Shown: positions 12,261 to 26,461, numbered from the stretch's first letter. The stretch: DNA of 64,000 nucleotides from Tubulanus polymorphus (GCF_964204645.1 NC_134028.1:9362001-9426000), one strand, 5' to 3'. Notes: generated by a model from the letters alone, not told the origin. A program made the numbers and translations.

Positions 12261-13617
12261 CAAATAAACTTTAACTATAACTATCGTCAGATATGACTTG
12301 AATTAGGAGTTTAAGGGCAAGAAGAACGATGCACACTGTACAAATAACTAGTTGACATTGACCATTTTCTATTTTATCACGATAGAACTTGGAAGTTTCG
12401 GTCAACATTTACCTGATAATCAATCGTGAACGTCACCGTGGTTTATGCAACGCAGTCTTTAGTCGAGGTAAGTTCGATTAAGTTCAGATATTTGCAAATG
12501 TTTTATTCAAAAAGCCATTCGGTAACGAAGCGAAGTTTCTTCTTCGACTAAAATCTTGACACCCAAAACATGCACGAGGCGTATTTACTCAAACTTTTTA
12601 ACCAGTCTTAAAACTAAACCAGACCTTTTACGTGCTAAAACAAGGGTTGCATAATTTGACAACCCCATTCGGCAAGTGACCATAGTCTAAAGTTACCTAA
12701 ACTCTTCTCATCGATTGCTCATTTAGCCGTGAATTTAACACACCGATTTACATCGAATTACGTTCTGATCAATCATGCTCTGTAGTACTTTCCTTGGAGC
12801 GAAAACTAATTTTTTCCCCGTTAAACGGCGGGGATCCCGCGCGATAGATAAATCTATACACGATTATTTGTAGACCATTTTTATGAGGCGATGAAGTGTG
12901 AGAATTAAGAGGCTGACCGCCGAGGGAAAATCTCGCACCCTCGATATTACCTGAGAGTTGTGCTCAGGAAATTAGTCGTAACACGTCTTACGCATGGACG
13001 GTACTTTAGATAACCTGACATAGCAGAACGAAGCGAAAAGTCGTAAACACCTCCTGCACAACGCTGAACTAACATCCAAACTACTGTAATTAGTTTATCA
13101 CCATACAGCATGCGGTTTACAAGGAGGCTAGGATTTTAAGATATTCAGAAATCGAAAAAGTGTCTAATATTTTTCTATCAAATATATATACCGTACTGTA
13201 CCAATTATATTCAATCGGTACTTTCTTTTTCGATTGAAAATAAGTGTTGATAGTGCATTTTTTCAGCTGACAAACTTTACACGAACGCCAATCCTTGCCG
13301 AATTCATGAGCTTGAAAATATTACCATTTCCTATCATTGTGCGTATATGCATACGCACATAAATGTGATATCAAAATGAGTACACGATGCCACAGCACGT
13401 CAAGTATATAGCATACGTAGGTTTATGAGAAGATTTGCCACACAAGTATGCTGAAATTGATCGAAGTCAAACGTTTTGTTGAAAGTAATAAATTCAAATT
13501 ATTTTTTTCGTTGTACTGAAAAATATTCAATTATTATAATCTTCATAGCGTACCAGCTTAGACCAGAGCAAAGCCATTTTTGTTCCGTGATATACAAATA
13601 TATGTATCTATCAATTG

Positions 13618-13692
13618 CATGGGTAAAGATGTCAGAACGAAACATGTAGAGAATTATTCTCTACATGTTTCGTTCTGACATCTTTACCCATG
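13618..13692. repeat. Perfect 37-bp-arm palindrome with 1-nt spacer
   Basis: 13618-13654 is the exact reverse complement of 13656-13692. Confidence 0.95.
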
Positions 13693-14561
13693 TAATATTT
13701 TCACCTACATTTTCTCCACTGGCATACGAACCTCTCGCATGCGTATGTATATCCCCTTAAACGCGATAGGGCATAGACTTGGGTGTTTAGATGTGGGTGA
13801 AGTGAGGCGATATCGATTTATGTTGAGGTCCACGTGAACTGACTGATGATCACGTGGTTGAGAGAAACACTTCCGGGGTAGTGGGTAAATCGACAGCGAG
13901 AGAGAGAGCAGGGTCTAAGCGAACTCCTCCCAATTTCTGATGACTCACGTTTAAACACCCTTCTTACAGTTTCCTGTATCGTTTTAGTCAGGTACTATTT
14001 CGGGTCACGGACGGTATCATTTTCTGTATTATTATTGCTTGATTCGGCTTCTGAAGGTAACACCCACTGCTCGATATTCGAAACTTTAGTGAGTCAACTC
14101 ATTCTCACTAAAATAGTTAATGGTTGGACGATTCAATCATCGGAGAACGTGCCGTGTGGGCCCGGGCGATGTGAAATTACTTGATATTGTGCATTCCATC
14201 AATTTTTGGAACCCGAAAGCGATTAGAGCTCAGGCAAGCGAAGTTTCTCGGTGACATATTTTTATCTCGAACAAACATCTGCGCATCTCGACTGGTTTTC
14301 AGTTATCGATAGAATCCAACACGAAAACCCTTTCAGAAATTCTCCGATACCACGATGCAACGTTCCTCGTTTCCCCTTAACAATGGGACGCGATCAGTTT
14401 TTAAAAAGTAACCAAGGAAACGGCGTTACAACAAAACTCCATAAAGGCAACAATCAAATGATTATTGTTTGATCTATTGTTTTTTATACGCGGTGCGCTA
14501 ATGTAGCTCGGTCTGTCTGAGTGAGATCCACACATCAATACACCTATATCGCGTCTGGTAC

Positions 14562-14975
14562 CAGGGGCGGATCCAGGGGCATGTTGTGACCATGTCAACT
14601 AATAAAAAGGGCATATATTCTTAATTTAGGGCGGAAAGGTATATCAGCAAAATTTTTGAAATTTTACTATCATTTTAGAGATTTCTGAGCATCTCTGAGA
14701 GGCATTTAGTCAAGAAACATAGGTTGTATATTTTGGAAAAATATCTATGGTGTATCTCAGGGCCCGGTTCCACAGTCGTGAGTTAAGATTTGACTCTTGA
14801 GTTAAAACATTGAAAATGAACTAATTTTGACTCAGAGTTAAATCTAACTCAAAACTGCGGAACTGGATCCAGGTGGTTACAACGGCAAATTTTTATACAG
14901 ATAAAAAATAAAAAGACACTTAAAAATTCCGACCGTGTCGGGCGACACGGTCGACACGGTCTAAATCCACCCGTG
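14562..14975. mobile_element. hAT-like non-autonomous element with 5-bp TSD
   Basis: CAGGGGCGGATCCAG / CTAAATCCACCCGTG termini; GGTAC is duplicated at 14557-14561 and 14976-14980. Confidence 0.75.
14761..14869. mobile_element. MITE family A, copy 3, nested in the hAT-like element
   Basis: GGCCCGGTTCCACAG / CTGCGGAACTGGATC with a CAG TSD on both sides. Confidence 0.85.
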
Positions 14976-17900
14976 GGTACCAGTTTTCAGGGTACTCCAA
15001 TTAAAGTCGCTGTTATCTCATGCATCTAGCTAACTAGAGTACCTGCGCGTCCCGTTTCCTTTGATCGTTGGGTATGTGAAATCTCAGCGCATATATACTT
15101 ATGTAAAAGAAACCATTTTTGTTCTCTAATCATAATGCCGCGCGCGGAACACAAACACACGAAACGGTTATTTTCGACTGATGTGTTTAAACGGCTTTGT
15201 GCGACAGAAAATTCGTTCTTTATGTGTCATATCGTCCCGCAATGTTGGCCACTATATACAGCTAAGCTCATTTTTCCTGAAACTTGTTCTGGCATGTTTT
15301 TTTTCTGAAAAACCAAACTCGTTTGAGTTTCGGTTTCTGGATTCGAAAACATTCCATCTTCGGGCAGATGACAAATCGACAACCGTATTACAGTCACGTG
15401 TCACTGACATGGCGGAAGGAGGGTGCCGTTTTGATGTCATGTCTATAAGTGTATTTCAATTTAAGTCGGAAAGTTTTTGTAAAAGGTCTGACTTGAGCGG
15501 AGTTTACTCTATGTTTATGTATACGCATGTATCATTTTAGAAATGGAGTTAAAATGGCGTTCGATATCCACGAAATAGTCAGCCCTTCAGTTCCCGGAGT
15601 AAAATCCCCTAGATAAACAATATCTTTATTTGTATAACTCGATTCCAATCATCTGGAAATATTGTTAACGCGTAATAAAAACCGCTAATGCCGAATTTCC
15701 GCATCGGTGCTAATAATGGTTTAAACGGCGTCGAACTTCTAAACTTCTGGACGCTCGCGTTGTACGGCTAATCATAACGCAGCTGCCTCACACGGCGTTA
15801 AACGTTACGCACTATTGAACACTACGTGAACGCTGACACCTGCAAACGTCAGTTTAAACGCTCCTGCGTAAAGTTTGTCCGTCCAGTCACAAACATTCTC
15901 GTAACGTTTCAAAATATTTGCTGGGCTTACCCAATGATAACGGTACCGCTGCACTGTTAGTCTTGACAGGTTGATTTATTGAAAAGAGCCGCCTAAAGGT
16001 TTAGTCGCAACTCAACCGTGAACCGCCGCCCTCACCTCATCCAGGCTGAATTAGTTTAGTAAATTGTTTAACAAGTCGTTATCGAGTATCATTTTCTTTC
16101 AGTGCGCGTCCATTTTCACAGAACTTAACAATTAAATTCATCCCATGATATTTCTGCCGCTCCCCAAATGAAGGTCGACTCAAAAATCTTCTCAGTGGGT
16201 CACCCCTTCCAAATTTGGATATATATGTATATAAAAAGGTTTGCAATTATTCTATTAATATCTGTCATGTTTCCCGTATAGTTATCAGTGTACTGTAATT
16301 TTCCTTTCTTTCTTTCTTCTTTCTTACTATAAACACATTGTATTGTATGTTCTGCTCTGTGCAATGGGCTTACTGTGGAATAATAAACTAAACTGTAATT
16401 GTAACTGTACAAGTGCATTTTATATACACAACATTGGATTCGAATCCACTATTTAATATTGCGGTACATTTTTCCCTGGGCTCCTTTGACGTTGGAAAAA
16501 CTTAAGCTTTTTTTCACAGTTTTCGGTAGTAAGGGTATGGAACACTGAGAAATATGTTTGTTGATCTTGTTTTATATAAGTTGCGAGTTGCCGAGTCAAT
16601 CTTTCGACAGCTAACCGATTTGAAAAATAAGATTAGGCAGCATATTCGTTTAATATATATAAAAATATAGATATACTAATAACTACTTCCTATCTCAACA
16701 ATTCATCTCGAATTATTGTAGCCTAATATAGCCCCATACATTTTACTAGAAAGTCTATATACTCATTCCGAAAGGTAAACCAGCAAAAGTAAAGCTGTTT
16801 TGAACAGGAAACGTTTACAGCCTGGCCCCGAGCCCTAAATTCATATGCTAGCCTAAAAAATTCGTTGCTATAGCAATAAAGAAATTATCACTAGACGGCG
16901 CTAGTAGGCATATAAATGATGACTCAAACTTACAACTGATTAGCAACAATATCGGAAAAGGATCTTATTTTCTAGAGACAACCGACAGCGGGTTAGTCGG
17001 GTCGTTACAAAAAGGGGCACTCGAGTTTTCCGTGGTTAGCAATATCTAGTATCCGTCATGTCACTAATCACCTCTCAGCGCCTAGCCGAAAAGCCATCGT
17101 AAAATCCATTTGTTTCTCTACACAATACGGACCGTTCAAAAAGGAAACCGTGCTCGTAGGGGGTTCGCGTGTGCCGAGGAGTTTAAGTGTTTTCGACAAT
17201 AGTCGGACAAGACCCGGTCTGGATGGAGATCGCTATTGTTAAGCACCTTCTCTCGGAGAGTAGGATGACCGTATGGATTATACGGTCGCTAGAGAAAAGC
17301 ATAAATTGTTGATCGTATGCTAAATGAGCACGTGATATCGATCCGTCGCGTAGGACTGATTATTACGCACGTTTTTTTTTCTATCAAACACAGTGCCTTA
17401 TAAAAACATAGGATTGATTTTTTCGCCATTTTACTGTCCCGATAATTATTACCGCTAATGTGCACACAGTGAATCGCCGTTTACTTATCTCGGCATCAAA
17501 CAAAAGAACAGCCTGAAAAAAATCGAAATCGTTGGATGAAAGATAAGAAACGTCTGCCCATTTACGTTCTGGTGACTGTGAAGTTATCTACGCAACTTAA
17601 TACGATTTTCTATGACTAAAACGACTATTCGAAAAAAACAAAAGCACATTTTTTAAAAGACCAAAATGACTAATGCCAATCGATCATCAGCAAAGCGGTA
17701 ATCTATATCACTGTAACAGGGGCCAGTGAATCAGTGTTACTATTCAGGCAGGACCCCTGGTGTTTCAGGGGATAACCGTGTTCAAAACCTTCAATGAACA
17801 TCCTCCCAATGCTCCAGTCAGTATTGTCAATAAACAGTCATGCGCTTTTCGCTACGATAATGGCCGATTTCTCGGCGTAGTTTCCGCCTTTTTCAAAACT

Positions 17901-20900
17901 GTCACCTGATTAAAAAACCGACGGAGTATTAGTGATTGTTATTGCTGATTTTCAGCAGAACAATAATGAGAACTTTTGATGTTGAAAAGGCGTCGCGTCG
18001 ACTATACCGCTTTTATCGCGATGATGATCGATATCAAGATGAATTGAATAATGTTCGATAGACCGCGCGGATCGAAGACTATAAAACGTTTTAGAGTTCA
18101 TAAATTGACCAATCAGTTCACGAGACTTCAAACTAAAATTCATCAGCGTTGAATGCAAACAGATTCTACGAGCTTTCCATTAGGCGATTGATGGTTCATG
18201 ATGATTACGGATTACGAAGTATCTTTTTTGTGTGATTCTTTTAAGAGCATTGCGCCTCAATTTTTCAAGATCAGAATTCAAAGTCGAGAGTGGCCTGTTT
18301 CCCTCTGTTTCCCTATTAGTACATTACACACTGGATGCGGGTAGTACCTTTTTAAGCACACTGACACCGACTAATCGTGTCGGCACATTGGCATCGTGGG
18401 CTCCGTCTATACTCAATGGGACTTAAGAATCAAAAGATGTTTTCAAAGCCAGACAGCATCTTTTAAAAAACCTCCGTAATTCGCCAGTCGGTAAGTGATG
18501 CAATTGGTGTCCCGGCTACAGACAATTATCTGATTCATGATTTCATCAGTACGGCATCTGGGGAGTGCTCTGAACGTATAATTTCACTAATCACAAACAG
18601 TTGCCAATGTTGTAATTATTCCATATTAGTTGGTCACTGAAACTTCCCCTCCGATCGGACAGTTGCCGGGCTAATGCCCGCCGGGTGGACTGTGCGCACC
18701 TTCGGTTTAATCATTTTCATTACTGGGTCCGAGGAGGTTTTTAATTTGTTCCAGTTTTGCTGCAGGGCACCGCATCGCCCCCTGTGGTCAACACGTGACT
18801 AGCAACAATAGTTGTTGACCCTAAAGATGGTACAGCACAGATGTGCGCGCACAGTCGGTAGTCCCACCTCACCTCACATCGCATCAAACAATTTACGTAT
18901 GACTTCGAATTTCAGCCACAGCGCAATTATAAGATGAGAAATTAATTTGACAGGTTTTGATTTCGATTAAAACACGTCAGGTGCGTGTATTTAATATACG
19001 ATAGACTACAATTGTATATACAATACGACGTGCACGCGCTCAGTGATACTATATAAGACAAAGGAATTGAAAATCTAATTTCGATGCATTTCTCATCGAT
19101 AAGTTAGTATGCGTAGGACTAATTGCAGTGCGTATTCATACGATTCAATGCGTTCTGCGATTTACTGAGACTTTTACCTCGTTCGATATGAATCATGTCT
19201 ATTTTTTCTCAATAAATTCGCAATCAATTTCGACCAAAATTCAATCTTTTTGTCCAGCGAATTTTACGCTATCAGATAACGCGGTAAAACTACGCAATGA
19301 ATCGCGAAGGACGAGTAAAATATAAGTCCCACAATCACGAGATCGAAAAAGTTTTTAAAATTCCGAAACTATTGAAATTTATTAAGAGCCCGAATTTTCG
19401 GTTTTACACTTACAACATTTTCGTTCCTTGAAAATGGTTTTTAGTGTAACACGGATAATTCAGGTTCTTAATAGATTTTAATAGTTTCGATAAGCTATCA
19501 GATAGTTGCAAATAGCTACTACTTTGAGAATACAAAAGCTTTGATAATTTCAAAGTTCAAAACTCGACCATCGTGACCCATGAAAACATTCCGCCAGTTC
19601 TCATCTCCTTGTTTTTCAACAGCCGCTGTTAGATTTTTTTGCAAGAGCATTTAACGGTATTTTTCGAATCCATTGATTGCAAGTCTAGAAATTTGTAAAA
19701 ACGTAAATGTGAAGTATGTATGTGGCTAGATCAAGTTGTTTCCTTTAGAGGTATTTGGCTTTTGATATTCTTTTAAAATTGGTTTTTAAAACATATCTAT
19801 TTACCCAATACTGTTCAAACCAATGTTTTCAATCCTTTTGGACAAATTCAATGTTTTGGATTACTTCAAGTATTGTTATTGTGAACCGCTTCTAAACGCA
19901 TGTGTAAGGCGGTATAACAATAAAAATCTTTATCATTGTTTCCTTTAGTGGTCATCGGTTGGGCCGCTGTTGCGATGATGGCGCCACTGTCAAGTGACGG
20001 ACGATCTGTTTCGTTTTTTCAAGAAAAGGTCAACTATCAGCAGTTGATTTATTGATCGTCGAATCTGGGAACACTTGAACTGTAGACGTAGCCCTGAACT
20101 CCCGTTGAATTCGCATGAATCGAAGCATATTTTCCTTTCAGTCGTTGTTGTTAGCCCGGGAGTCGAAGAGCGCCAATTTCTCTCTCCCAATTAGACTAAA
20201 CACCCCGCTGTCCATTCCTCAGACTTCGGAAAGTTTGCGGTTCATAATAGATAAAACCCGGTTCGGTTCGCAGATCGGTGACAATTAGTTCGCTTCAGCA
20301 TGTGGTCGTGTCACGAGACGTTTAGCCGCCTAGTTCTACTCCCCCTATAGCGCCTGGACAATTTACTAACTCACTTCCTCGCATAATACGATTAAATCAG
20401 CGCATTTTGTTGGTCTAATCGACAGGAAGAGTTTCTCATAGAATCAAAAGCTTTTCTCGTAGATTCGAATGCTTTTCCTCGGCGGGATTCCTTTTCGGCG
20501 TTAATCGTAGGCTTTTAGTCGACTCGAAACGGTTTGTCTTCTCTTTCTATATTTATGAATGGGAAGAAGATAGGCTTGTATTGCCGAGGGAAACTCCTAG
20601 TTTTCTCTATCCGTTTCGTCGTCGCGTATCACTTTATTATTCGATGGAAGATGCTATATTTAGTTTAGAATAATGATTATCCGCCCCAGGCATTGTTCCT
20701 ATACAGCTATGTGTACCCATACGAGTCCACGTACGTCACTTTTTCGATCACAATTTATAAGAAAGGAAAGAACTTGAAATTCAAAATCGACCAATTAGCC
20801 TACGCCTTAATGATTGTGGAGACTTGATGATTGTGGAGACCAAACTGAAAATCACTGTTTTGGTTGTCCTTCATTTTTGTTTCTTCTGGGCCATAAACGG

Positions 20901-20964
20901 GCGACCGACTGACTTATCCTTCAATGTTCGAACAAACTGCGGATCCTCAATTATTACGCGGGAA

Positions 20965-21257
20965 CCATACGGTGGGGCGGTAGCTTTGAGGGTAGCGAGC
21001 GAACCCCCTAAAATGTTCAAAGTGCCCTTCAAAAAGTCAGTGTTTAAGCATTGGGAACAGATTAATCGAAATTTCAATTCAATCATTCAATCTTTTTTCT
21101 ATAAGTAATCCATTTTCAAACGATTTATTTAGGTACCCGGACACTTCGTATTCTAATCAATAGCTGTCCTTTTATGAAAGTGCCCCTATTCACGGCGAAA
21201 AAAGTGTCCTGTTTCGTGAAATATAACTGCCCCTCATAACAGCTCGACACGGGCCTG
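20965..21257 (+). mobile_element. hAT-like family N copy
   Basis: AAGTGCCC repeats and CACGGGCCTG end; related copy at 49989-50281 begins CAGGCCTGTGC. Confidence 0.6.
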
Positions 21258-22207
21258 CCAAAAGCTGCAGCAACATTTAGAATTCGTGCGGACTCTGGAA
21301 TCCACGTTTCAGAGTCAGAGAACGCGGCTATCGTGAATAATGTGGCGACCGAAACACGTGTTTATTCCAGGCTAATGGTCTTGTACTTTTAGTGGGCGAT
21401 ATTAAGCCCGAGGGCAAGGTTTTAGATTCTGTGGGTACACAAAGTTAACTAATGTATAACAATAGATTCAGTTGACCATATAAATCAAACTATCACCTGT
21501 ATGTAAGTTATAACAGCAAAGTGAATCAGTGTTTCATAGAATTATTGCAGCAACCTGAGTACAGTTTTTGCAGCAGTAACATCAAACGTAATTCAAGATC
21601 ATTCATGCGGACCCGTGCCACCAACTATCCAGCTCCAGATGAACTCCCGAAAACGTTCGCTACAATAAATATATTTATTCGTTAGAAAATTAGATTTGTT
21701 CTGTTCTTGGTACCTATGCATATTTCTCGTAAGCAGTGAAATGAATAAACGGTTATGGCGTCTCTCCGTACAATGTCGCGAAGATATCGACATTGATCAC
21801 TAGTAAAGCCACATTTGATAGATATTACTAGCTATATTGAATAAATCATTAATTAAATCGCATTAATCATAGGATTATCGAGATCACTGCTATGAACAGC
21901 TTCGAGCCCCAAAACAACTCTATCAAATATCATACACACTCGTTTCTTGGGGCGGGTTCTTAATCTCAGAGTAAATCGAATAAGTAAGTATATACGCTTT
22001 GCATGTGTATTGACCCGCAATACCGACATCGCAGGAAATTTGATAAAATGGTTAGGGTATCTACAAGTGGAAAACGACAAAAACAAATGCACATATATAT
22101 ATACAAACGGACAACATATGGCTTAAACCCGTTCAGCTATTAACACATTTCGATGTATTGAATCTGACACCAATAGCAAAACAAACAGAACCCAAACACT
22201 CACTTAC

Positions 22208-22269
22208 TGGTTCAGTCTGGGATGGAAGATAATTTGAAAGAACCGAAATTTCCAATCACGTTCATCAAT
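22208..22269 (-). other. Candidate spliced exon (coding status unknown)
   Basis: Acceptor ttttttgtttag and donor gtaagtgagt flank 62 nt; frame 0 is open (IDERDWKFRFFQIIFHPRLN). Confidence 0.35.
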
Positions 22270-22623
22270 CTAAACAAAAAATCATACAAATTCAAGCGAC
22301 CATTCAAGTACGTGTGTACTTCGATTTTTTATTTCAAAAGTTCTTTGGTTCCCGAGGGACACTATCAAAATATATAAAATCGATAGATTAAGATCACAGA
22401 GAAAAGAGGGACTATCATTTCTATTTCAAAATCAAATTCTATGAATCAAGAATATGATTACCGGTGTACAAATATCTAAAATATCGTCCTACTATTCGTA
22501 TATTTCTTACGTGATTCGTGATTCGTACGGATTAGATTCGATTAGACAAAATTTACAACAATTTACGTACAACATAGTGTAGATACATGAAAACATGCAT
22601 GGATATGGCGGGCAACAATTAAT

Positions 22624-22969
22624 GGGGTACACCCGCATTGCTACTGTGGCAATCGAGGATTCCCCACGTATGGCAGGCGAGGATCCTCCGGGTTCGCTAG
22701 TAGTTACTCGGTCTTCCGCGTTCGATTTATTTTACATTTCAATTAAAACTGAATGATTTTTACTAAGATAAATCAATTATGAATGAAAAATTTGCCGATT
22801 TATGAATAGAAAAATGAATTATATGTACATTTGGTGGATCCTGTGATGATATGGATTCGGGAATTTGAAAATTCAGTTCAAAGTTCATTGAAAACGAGCT
22901 AATTCTGATAACGTAAGACTGAGTGTCCGTCACGCCATCTGGTGAGATAGGCAGTGTTGCGACTTTCCC
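22624..22969 (+). mobile_element. Family F, full-length copy
   Basis: AT|GGGG...CCC|AT; colinear with 11005-11309. Confidence 0.8.
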
Positions 22970-24159
22970 ATTACATAGACATGCCTATAAATCCGCACTA
23001 TTGAATTTGATTTACTTTTTCCTTTTGGGCACTACTGGTAACGTGATATCTAGTGGGCTTGCCTTTTCTTTATGAAATAAACCAGATTTATTAGTGTTTT
23101 CTGTAATATTGAAAATGTAACCCAGTTTATAAATAGAAGGGGATGAACGTCCTTATACTATTGTAACGCATTTCTGAGAATCTGGTGTACATTTGAGATT
23201 GGTTGAGTGACTACGAGCGCGTAAACTGCTAAATTGATATTTCAATTTTTTCGAGCACGATTCAAACGACAAGACGGTCGGAATTACGAGACAACTCACG
23301 TTCGATATTCAAACGTTGAAATTGCCTTCATCAATGTATGGTTATGAGACACGAGCGCAACAAAAAAAAAACATATCCATATTTTCAATCATCAATCTTT
23401 TCTTATAAAATAACCTACGACTGACTAACCATAAATCCACGTGGACAGGTCGGATGTCCGTTTTTCTTCGCTAATGGCCACTGACGAATACGTGGATTAG
23501 ACCTAAATAATGCGACGGGCAGTTTGACGGTCGATTGTTTAATCATTGTCGACTATCGATGACAAATGAGCCTCAGGTAAAAAAGACCCCGCGAACCGCG
23601 AGAACAATGGACGGATAAATAAGAGTGTATTGGAGTTTATAGATGATAACCGGGTATCACTTGACAAATTACTGAATATCGATTTAGAGAATATTCAATT
23701 GCCCGATGACTAAACCGCACCTTCCAGATACCTGAACTCCGCGGCAAAAAACAAGAATGAAGGCCAAGCAAACGGTACAATGGAGTATGAGCGAGTTGCT
23801 AGAGTCGAATTTCAGCATGGAACCCTGAGAAATGCTGATATTAGTTGACTAGATAGTTCAGCATTTCTAGGATAATTAGTTTAAACGTATCATTTACATA
23901 CAGACTTTTCAATCCTGTTACAAATCTGTTCTCCACATCTGAGTGTTGCTATCTTTACATTTCTAAGATCTTTGTTTCCATGGCCATATAGTAATTTCAC
24001 ACGAGTCCATCATCAAAAAGTGATGATCAGGAATCTTTTTTGGACTTTAAGACACAGATCGATTACACAAACATAAGTTCATTCAGTATTTAAGAGAACT
24101 ATCAGAGATACCTTTTTTTATAAATTTTACGGGAATATTTGAAAAAACTGCAGTCGTGA

Positions 24160-24312
24160 GAGGAAGGGGAGTAGGAAGGGGTAGGGGAAAGGGTGAGGTG
24201 GTGAGGGATTAGGACGGAGACACGATCAAGGAGGGAGGGAGGGAGAGGGGGAAGAAAGTGGGAGGGAGAAGACGGAAAGAGGGAGGGAGAGAGACAGGAA
24301 GGGGTGAAGATG
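24160..24312. repeat. Polypurine (GGA/GGGA) low-complexity tract
   Basis: Nearly all G/A on the + strand with many GGG runs. Confidence 0.85.
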
Positions 24313-25294
24313 AACGAGAAGGCGACGCTACGAGCCGCGGATAAATCCAGTTATTCGAGTGTGCGTTTATGAAACTAAGAACTCATTCACTCGCCCTTCA
24401 TCACTTAAAAAGGACAAATATTGTCAAATAAAACCTGACGGGTTATTGTTAGTAATACAATCGAGTGCAAATCATCTTAATACACATGGCACATAGTCTC
24501 CTTGTCTGAATGAGGGTGACATGTCACCAGTCGTCGCGTGAGTGCGAGAGAGGTGACATATCACTAGTCGCCTGACAAATGAGCTCGCTAAACTAACTTG
24601 TCCCCAGTCTGAGAGATAGATTAGAAATCAATTACCATATTTGCCGATAATATCGCCGCGAACGAAGCTCGCGCTACGAGCATTGTTAAACTATTTGCTA
24701 ACCGGATAAACGGAAAATACTTAATGCCTTCCTTTATCCCTTCGGATTGATCATTTTATGACTGAACATGATTTCGATGGTTGCAGAAAGACAAAATTCA
24801 TCCTTGAAAAGACGGCGCGCGAATACGGGCGTGAAAGATGTAATGATTTGTAGTATTAAAAATGAATGCGAATATTTGTGAAAAATGGAAGAAAAATCTC
24901 AAGAGAAATTTAGCAAAACCGGTGTAAACTCTTAACGAAACAGTTTAACATCAGCTGAATAAATGAAGAAATATATTAGTTACTTAGACTTGAGAGTTTA
25001 ATTTGAAATTGGAGTATTTATATTGTGATTTTGTAATGATAATTGAAGATTGAAAATACCGGGGCCACATCAAGTTTCCTAAATCAGATGGTTAGCTCGA
25101 CCCCCTGCCTAACCACCAATTTTCTTACTTTTGTCCCATTCGAACTTTTAAAGCGAAGAACAATTTCATAATGGACCAAGTGCCTTAAATGAGAAAATCA
25201 AACAGATTCCACAACGTGTATTTTTCCTCGTGATTTTTCTGGGGTCACTTCATACTGAGAAAATCTCTCATCACCGGTCTCATCACCACTGTAT

Positions 25295-25600
25295 GGGCGT
25301 CCGCACCACTTCTGTGGCGGAGTTTACAGGTTCGCTTGTAGCATAGGACTATAGGAACTTATGCATCAGTTCTTATAGTTTTTATAGTTCTTATAGTTCT
25401 ATGCTTGTAGATAGTCGGTCCTCCGCGTTCGATTTCTTCTACATTTCAATTAAAACTGAATGAAAATCTTCTGAAATAGACGGAAAATAAATATTAATGA
25501 AAACTATACCGATATCTGAGTAGAAAGATGAATTTGTTGTGTGGTTGGTCCTGTGATGAAACATGGATTCGGGAGCCTAAAAATTCGGTTCAAAGTTGGT
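25295..25600 (+). mobile_element. Family F, 3'-truncated copy carrying a nested insertion
   Basis: AT|GGGCGTCCGCACC start; aligns to the other F copies on both sides of 25342-25403. Confidence 0.75.
25342..25403. mobile_element. 62-bp mini-MITE, CATAG..CTATG ends, 7-bp TSD (P-element-like)
   Basis: CTTGTAG is duplicated at 25335-25341 and 25404-25410; the other family F copies show the empty site. Confidence 0.8.
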
Positions 25601-26461
25601 TCAAGATGTCTTTTTAACTAAAAATGAATCCCCAAAAGATCGATTTTCCAGAAAACGGCAACTAATTTGATGAGTAAGAGTTGCCAAGTGCGCGGTCAGT
25701 GTTTTATCTCAAACACCTGCAGTTTAGGTTAATCGTATTTTATCAGGGCTCGATATTTGACGAGCGGTATTCAGTTAGATTTCTCGGCCGGAAAATCCTA
25801 CACGTCAAAAACTACAAGATCCAATTTATTAAATTGAATCCCGCGTTCGCGCGCGGCTACGGGAATTACAAATCGTTACAATGGGATTCACGTGCGTTTC
25901 TGCGGAATCTGTGATTCCAACCACTTTACGCAATTTTCATAATTTTTCTCGACCGACGAAAATATTTGATTGATGCTGACGTTTTACCGGGTCTATTGTT
26001 CATTCGGTAAGCGCGTTTACTAGACGGTGAAATCTCACGACTTTGTTCGCGGCTCAGCTAAGATAAAAGGAATACTTAGAAAGGATTATTTTTACATTTT
26101 CAATTGACGAGGTGTAAGTGTTAAATATCGCGTTTGACGAAAGATGAATCGTTTTTGCAACTCATACGACGGGAACCGTGTTTTACGCGACGATTTCATT
26201 AATTATATAACACAATACGTATTGATAATGATATGCGATAAGTCGCGCCGCGAAGCCGGGCCCAGGATATCCGATGCGTTTTACACGATTGAGGTCCTTC
26301 TGTCTCTTATCCGGTCAATGCGGGTAGTGTTTAAGTGAAGATTCGACTCACAAATTACCTCTAAAATACACATTCGCACACGTGCGAAATTTATAGATTT
26401 TGCGAATATATACGGCCATCATTACGATTACAAGAAGCACAGACGCTTCACAGAGTTTGGT

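Noticed and set aside
17750-17810. FIEGFEHGYPLKHQG on the minus strand, resembling a DIRS/Ngaro pre-RT motif
   Set aside because: Single short motif with no supporting neighbours.
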